Source: an uncultured bacterium
GTDB taxonomy: Bacteria; T1Sed10-126
DNA: 42,031 nucleotides
Assembly (NCBI GenBank): GCA_964566495.1
Contig: CAZMIT010000004.1
Location: 1-42,031, forward strand
Direction: 5' to 3'
Part shown: positions 39,035 to 42,031 of the stretch, piece by piece
How positions within the stretch are numbered: the stretch's first letter is position 1
How the letters are laid out: each line of letters starts with the position of its first letter
Program-made: the position numbers and the translations under genes
The notes under the pieces: model-generated
What the model saw: the letters and a program-made list of their open reading frames with translations, nothing else
Told to the model about the DNA's origin: nothing
The model's database searches: none

Positions 39035-39697
39035 TCAGCTATCAATGTGGGGCTTAATTTCGCGGCTAATTTCCTTGACTTTTTCTTCCGGAGACTTAGC
39101 CTGGTAGATATCCCGACCAATAATTTCAAAATCTGCCCCTGCGGCAATGGCTCCCCCGTATCTTCCACCTTGAGCACCGATTCCACAAGAGATAATCGTC
39201 AGCTCCTCGCCCACAATATCTCTCACCTGCTCCACTACTTGCGGTCTATTCCCGGGCGCCTGCACACCATCCAGGCCCATGGCTACTGCCAGTTCAGCAA
39301 ACTTTTGCCAGTGCGGCTCAAAAAAATCAGCGCCGCCGGGACTTGTCAGCTGGGTTACAATAAAGAGCCCCGCCTCGTCGGCTGTCTGGCTGGCCCGTCG
39401 CAACGCTTCCACACCAATGAAACCGTGCAGCATCACGGCATCTGCTCCCTGTCGTTCGCAAAGTTCTATGATGCGGTTGTTTGTTACCGGGACGTCCGCT
39501 ACTTTGAAATCCGCAAATACAGGTCGACCGTAGCGTTGTCTGATCTCGCCCAGTAGCTCAATTCCTTCGCGCAAGACGAGCGGATAGTTAAATTTTATCA
39601 CGTCCACCTGCTCGGCCACTTTGTCCAGGATCTCTAATGCCCCCTGGCGGTCCGGCAGATCCGCCGCGAACATTATTCCGCTCTCCCGTTTCCACAT
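39035..39697 (-). CDS. pyrF: Orotidine-5'-phosphate decarboxylase (archaeal-like subtype)
   Basis: K..YPLVL, DFKVADVPVTN (DxKxxD), HGF.G, GIGAQGG, IIGR.IY. Confidence 0.93.
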   Translation of the reverse strand: MWKRESGIMFAADLPDRQGALEILDKVAEQVDVIKFNYPLVLREGIELLGEIRQRYGRPVFADFKVADVPVTNNRIIELCERQGADAVMLHGFIGVEALRRASQTADEAGLFIVTQLTSPGGADFFEPHWQKFAELAVAMGLDGVQAPGNRPQVVEQVRDIVGEELTIISCGIGAQGGRYGGAIAAGADFEIIGRDIYQAKSPEEKVKEISREIKPHIDS

Positions 39698-39715
39698 TTA
39701 ACTCACCCTTTGTTT

Positions 39716-39766
39716 AAAAAGAAAAGACCGGGCGGTGAACTGTGAGAACAGTTCACCCCCCGGTCT
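39716..39766 (-). terminator. Strong intrinsic terminator-like hairpin
   Basis: 19-bp stem AGACCGGGCGGTGAACTGT/ACAGTTCACCCCCCGGTCT (1 mismatch) with a 4-nt loop, followed on the minus strand by TTTCTTTTT. Confidence 0.7.
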
Positions 39767-39797
39767 CTTTGAACACTTACTGAATTAAATACCGCTG

Positions 39798-40094
39798 TTA
39801 AATACTGTAGTCGCGTGATATGGCTTCCTCAAGGTCAAGATTACCATACAATTCTTCCAGGGTAATCTCATAAACGGACGTAAAAGCTAACAGCTCGATC
39901 GGGTCAAGCCGGCGTCGCCCGGATTCACAGTTGGAGACGTAGACTTGGTCCTTGCCCAGCTTTTCAGCGACGTCCGCCTGGGTCATATCACGCTCGTGGC
40001 GCAACTGCTTCAGTCGCGCACGAATCTGCTGCATCAACCAGAATTTGGTTGACTTGTCCAGCAATTTCTCTGGTTCTTCACGTAAATGCTTCAT
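39798..40094 (-). CDS. XRE-family HTH transcriptional regulator
   Basis: RLKQLR....MTQADVAEKLG..Q.YVS.CESG.RRLD; SD GTGAGG. Confidence 0.88.
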   Translation of the reverse strand: MKHLREEPEKLLDKSTKFWLMQQIRARLKQLRHERDMTQADVAEKLGKDQVYVSNCESGRRRLDPIELLAFTSVYEITLEELYGNLDLEEAISRDYSI

Positions 40095-40444
40095 AACATA
40101 TTACCTCACTTATATAGAAGTTTATAGTGCTTAAAAAATGCTTTGCTATACAAATTCTCTTCTGCCGTATATAGGCTCTTAAGTTACATGGTGAAAAAGA
40201 CGAGAAGTGAGTAAAAAATGGTCAGTATATAGAAAAATTAAATCAATATCTTATGTAAGAATTATAGCATACATTCAATACAAAAGCAAAATAGTACAAA
40301 TATATTCTTTGATACTGAAAAGTGAACAGCAAAAATTTTATATAAAATTCCGATAAAAAACGGTCAGTAATATTTTAACGCTAACGGCTCTTATCTAAAT
40401 TTGTCTATAATTATAATAACCTTCTACTTCTCTGGCAAGCATAA

Positions 40445-40460
40445 TGTGATTTTTTTCACG
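40445..40460. promoter_or_regulatory. CRP/FNR-family-like operator
   Basis: TGTGA-TTTTTT-TCACG (consensus TGTGA-N6-TCACA) upstream of fbp. Confidence 0.4.
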
Positions 40461-40611
40461 TCATAAATATTACTTTTATTATCCATCCGGTCGGGTGTTT
40501 GTGCTTTTTGGCTATTCTCCGGAGTTCTCGCACGCAACTGTGTGGCCAAATGACCGACCCTATAATAGAATCAATAGTGGACCCACTATAAATCACTCTG
40601 GAGGTGCCCCA

Positions 40612-41649
40612 ATGAGTAATTCTTCTAATAAACACCTGGAAAAAGGAATTGATTTACGGCGCCATATTGCTATTACTCAGCGCGAGTATCCCAATGCCAC
40701 GGGCGAATTCAGTCAGCTTCTCGGTCAAATCACACTGGCCGGTAAAATTGTCTCCCGCGAGGTCAATCGAGCCGGCCTCGGAGATATACTTGGAAAAAGT
40801 AAAAATCAAAACGTTCATGGTGAGCGGCAGGCCCGGCTTGATCTATACGCTAACGCGGTTTTTACCCGCTCTTTAATTCACAACGGGGGCATCTGCATTA
40901 TCGGCTCCGAGGAGGAGTCCGATCCCATTCACGTTCGCAAACCCGAGTTGCGCGGGAAATATGTCGTTACCATAGATCCGCTCGACGGTTCGTCAAATAT
41001 TGATTACAACGTTAGCATTGGTACTATTTTTGGTATTTATAAGAAAAAAACACCCGGCGGCATAGAAAAGGCCGCTACAGTGGAAGACTTGTTGCAACCG
41101 GGTAAAGACCTGGTCGCCGCCGGATACATCATCTACGGCTCCTCAACTATGCTTGTCTATACCACCGGTGATAATGTCTACGGTTTTACCCTCGACGATT
41201 CGCTGGGGGAGTTTTTACTCTCCTATCCGGAAATAACCATGCCACAGAGAGAGGGCTATCTGAGCGTTAATGAGTCTAATTTTAAGAGCTGGTCCGACGG
41301 CGCCCAGAAGGCAGTCAAAGAGTTTCGCGAAGACGGTGACTATACTTCGCGTTATGTTGGCTCATGTGTTGCTGATTTTCATCGCAACCTCTTGAGTGGC
41401 GGTATCTTTCTCTACCCGTCGGAACCAAAAGTGGTCGGAAAGGACGAGGGTAAGCTGCGGCTCCTCTACGAAGCTGCCCCACTCGCTTACATAATGGAGC
41501 AGGCCGGAGGCGCGGCCAGCGACGGTTACCGCCGAATACTGGATAAACAGCCCGAGCATTTACACCAGAAGACTCCCTTCTATGTCGGAAATAAAGAGGC
41601 CGTGCAAAAAATCGAACGATACCTGCAGGAAGAAGAGGCGGCGGAGTAA
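40612..41649 (+). CDS. fbp: Fructose-1,6-bisphosphatase class I
   Basis: NVHGE.Q..LD, SEE, DPLDGSSNID.N.SIGTIF, YGSST, RYVGS.VADFHR.L..GGIF.YP, KLRLLYE; ATG 40612 after GGAGGTG. Confidence 0.96.
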   Translation: MSNSSNKHLEKGIDLRRHIAITQREYPNATGEFSQLLGQITLAGKIVSREVNRAGLGDILGKSKNQNVHGERQARLDLYANAVFTRSLIHNGGICIIGSEEESDPIHVRKPELRGKYVVTIDPLDGSSNIDYNVSIGTIFGIYKKKTPGGIEKAATVEDLLQPGKDLVAAGYIIYGSSTMLVYTTGDNVYGFTLDDSLGEFLLSYPEITMPQREGYLSVNESNFKSWSDGAQKAVKEFREDGDYTSRYVGSCVADFHRNLLSGGIFLYPSEPKVVGKDEGKLRLLYEAAPLAYIMEQAGGAASDGYRRILDKQPEHLHQKTPFYVGNKEAVQKIERYLQEEEAAE

Positions 41650-41652
41650 CAG

Positions 41653-41865
41653 GTGTCAACCGCCTTTGCCGGTCGTATCCTCATTGGACTCGGTCTGCTT
41701 CTCGTTATCCTTGGGTTTATGCTCCGGCTTCTCCCCGAGATTCCTTACCTGGGCCGGTTGCCGGGAGATATTGTTATCGAGAACGAAAACGTTACTTTTT
41801 ACTTCCCATTCACTACCAGCCTTCTCTTCAGTCTTGTCTTAAACCTAATTTTTAGGATTTTATAG
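41653..41865 (+). CDS. DUF2905-family small membrane protein
   Basis: LGRLPGDI.I....TFYFP.TTS.L.S..L. Confidence 0.85.
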   Translation: MSTAFAGRILIGLGLLLVILGFMLRLLPEIPYLGRLPGDIVIENENVTFYFPFTTSLLFSLVLNLIFRIL

Positions 41866-41894
41866 TTGACAAATCGGCACGGTTTCTGTACTAT
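41866..41894 (+). promoter_or_regulatory. Sigma70 promoter for tRNA-Glu
   Basis: TTGACA-N17-TACTAT. Confidence 0.7.
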
Positions 41895-41924
41895 ATTTAG
41901 CCCGCAATAAAACGTAGCACACCT

Positions 41925-41999
41925 GTCCCCGTCGTCTAGCTAGGCCAAGGACATCAGGTTTTCATCCTGAAGACAGGGGTTCAAATCCCCTCGGGGACA
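41925..41999 (+). tRNA. tRNA-Glu(TTC)
   Basis: Acceptor GTCCCCG/CGGGGAC+A; anticodon arm TCAGG-TTTTCAT-CCTGA; GGTTCAAATCC. Confidence 0.95.
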
Positions 42000-42031
42000 C
42001 TTTTCTATGTACAATTCGCTTCTCTTGCCTT

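Noticed and set aside
38936..39556. 206-aa plus-strand ORF and the many other short overlapping ORFs in the track
   Set aside because: They are antisense or out-of-frame shadows of well-supported genes, with no motifs or ribosome-binding sites.

Overview
A bacterial chromosomal window made up mostly of housekeeping genes, from a lineage I cannot assign. Many proteins are very D/E-rich, which suggests a halophile. It holds about 42 CDS: thrS-infC-rpmI-rplT-pheS-pheT-zapB/zapA-rarA, tsaE-tsaB-rimI-uvrC, eno, ackA, murI, folK, folE2, fbp, a SigH-type sigma factor and two c-di-GMP enzymes. There are 4 tRNAs (Ser-GCT, Ser-GGA, Gln-TTG, Glu-TTC). I found no transposase, integrase, prophage, CRISPR array or recognisable defence system. 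The most unusual signal is in the intergenic DNA: several families of tiny non-autonomous mobile elements, identified by terminal inverted repeats (TIRs) plus 4-, 8- or 9-bp target-site duplications (TSDs). These are inserted into one another and carry different REP-like palindromes (7703-7956, 15996-16181, 26180-26289, 36491-36591). Other points of interest are a split-ATP-cone kinase with an atypical P-loop, an FGGY kinase that appears catalytically dead, archaeal-type genes (aroA'/aroB', pyrF, a haloarchaeal-type dCTP-deaminase-like protein), two sigma28 promoters driving hypothetical genes, non-AUG starts (infC ATA, probable uvrC CTG) and a candidate structured RNA. All calls come from reading motifs by eye; no database searches were run.
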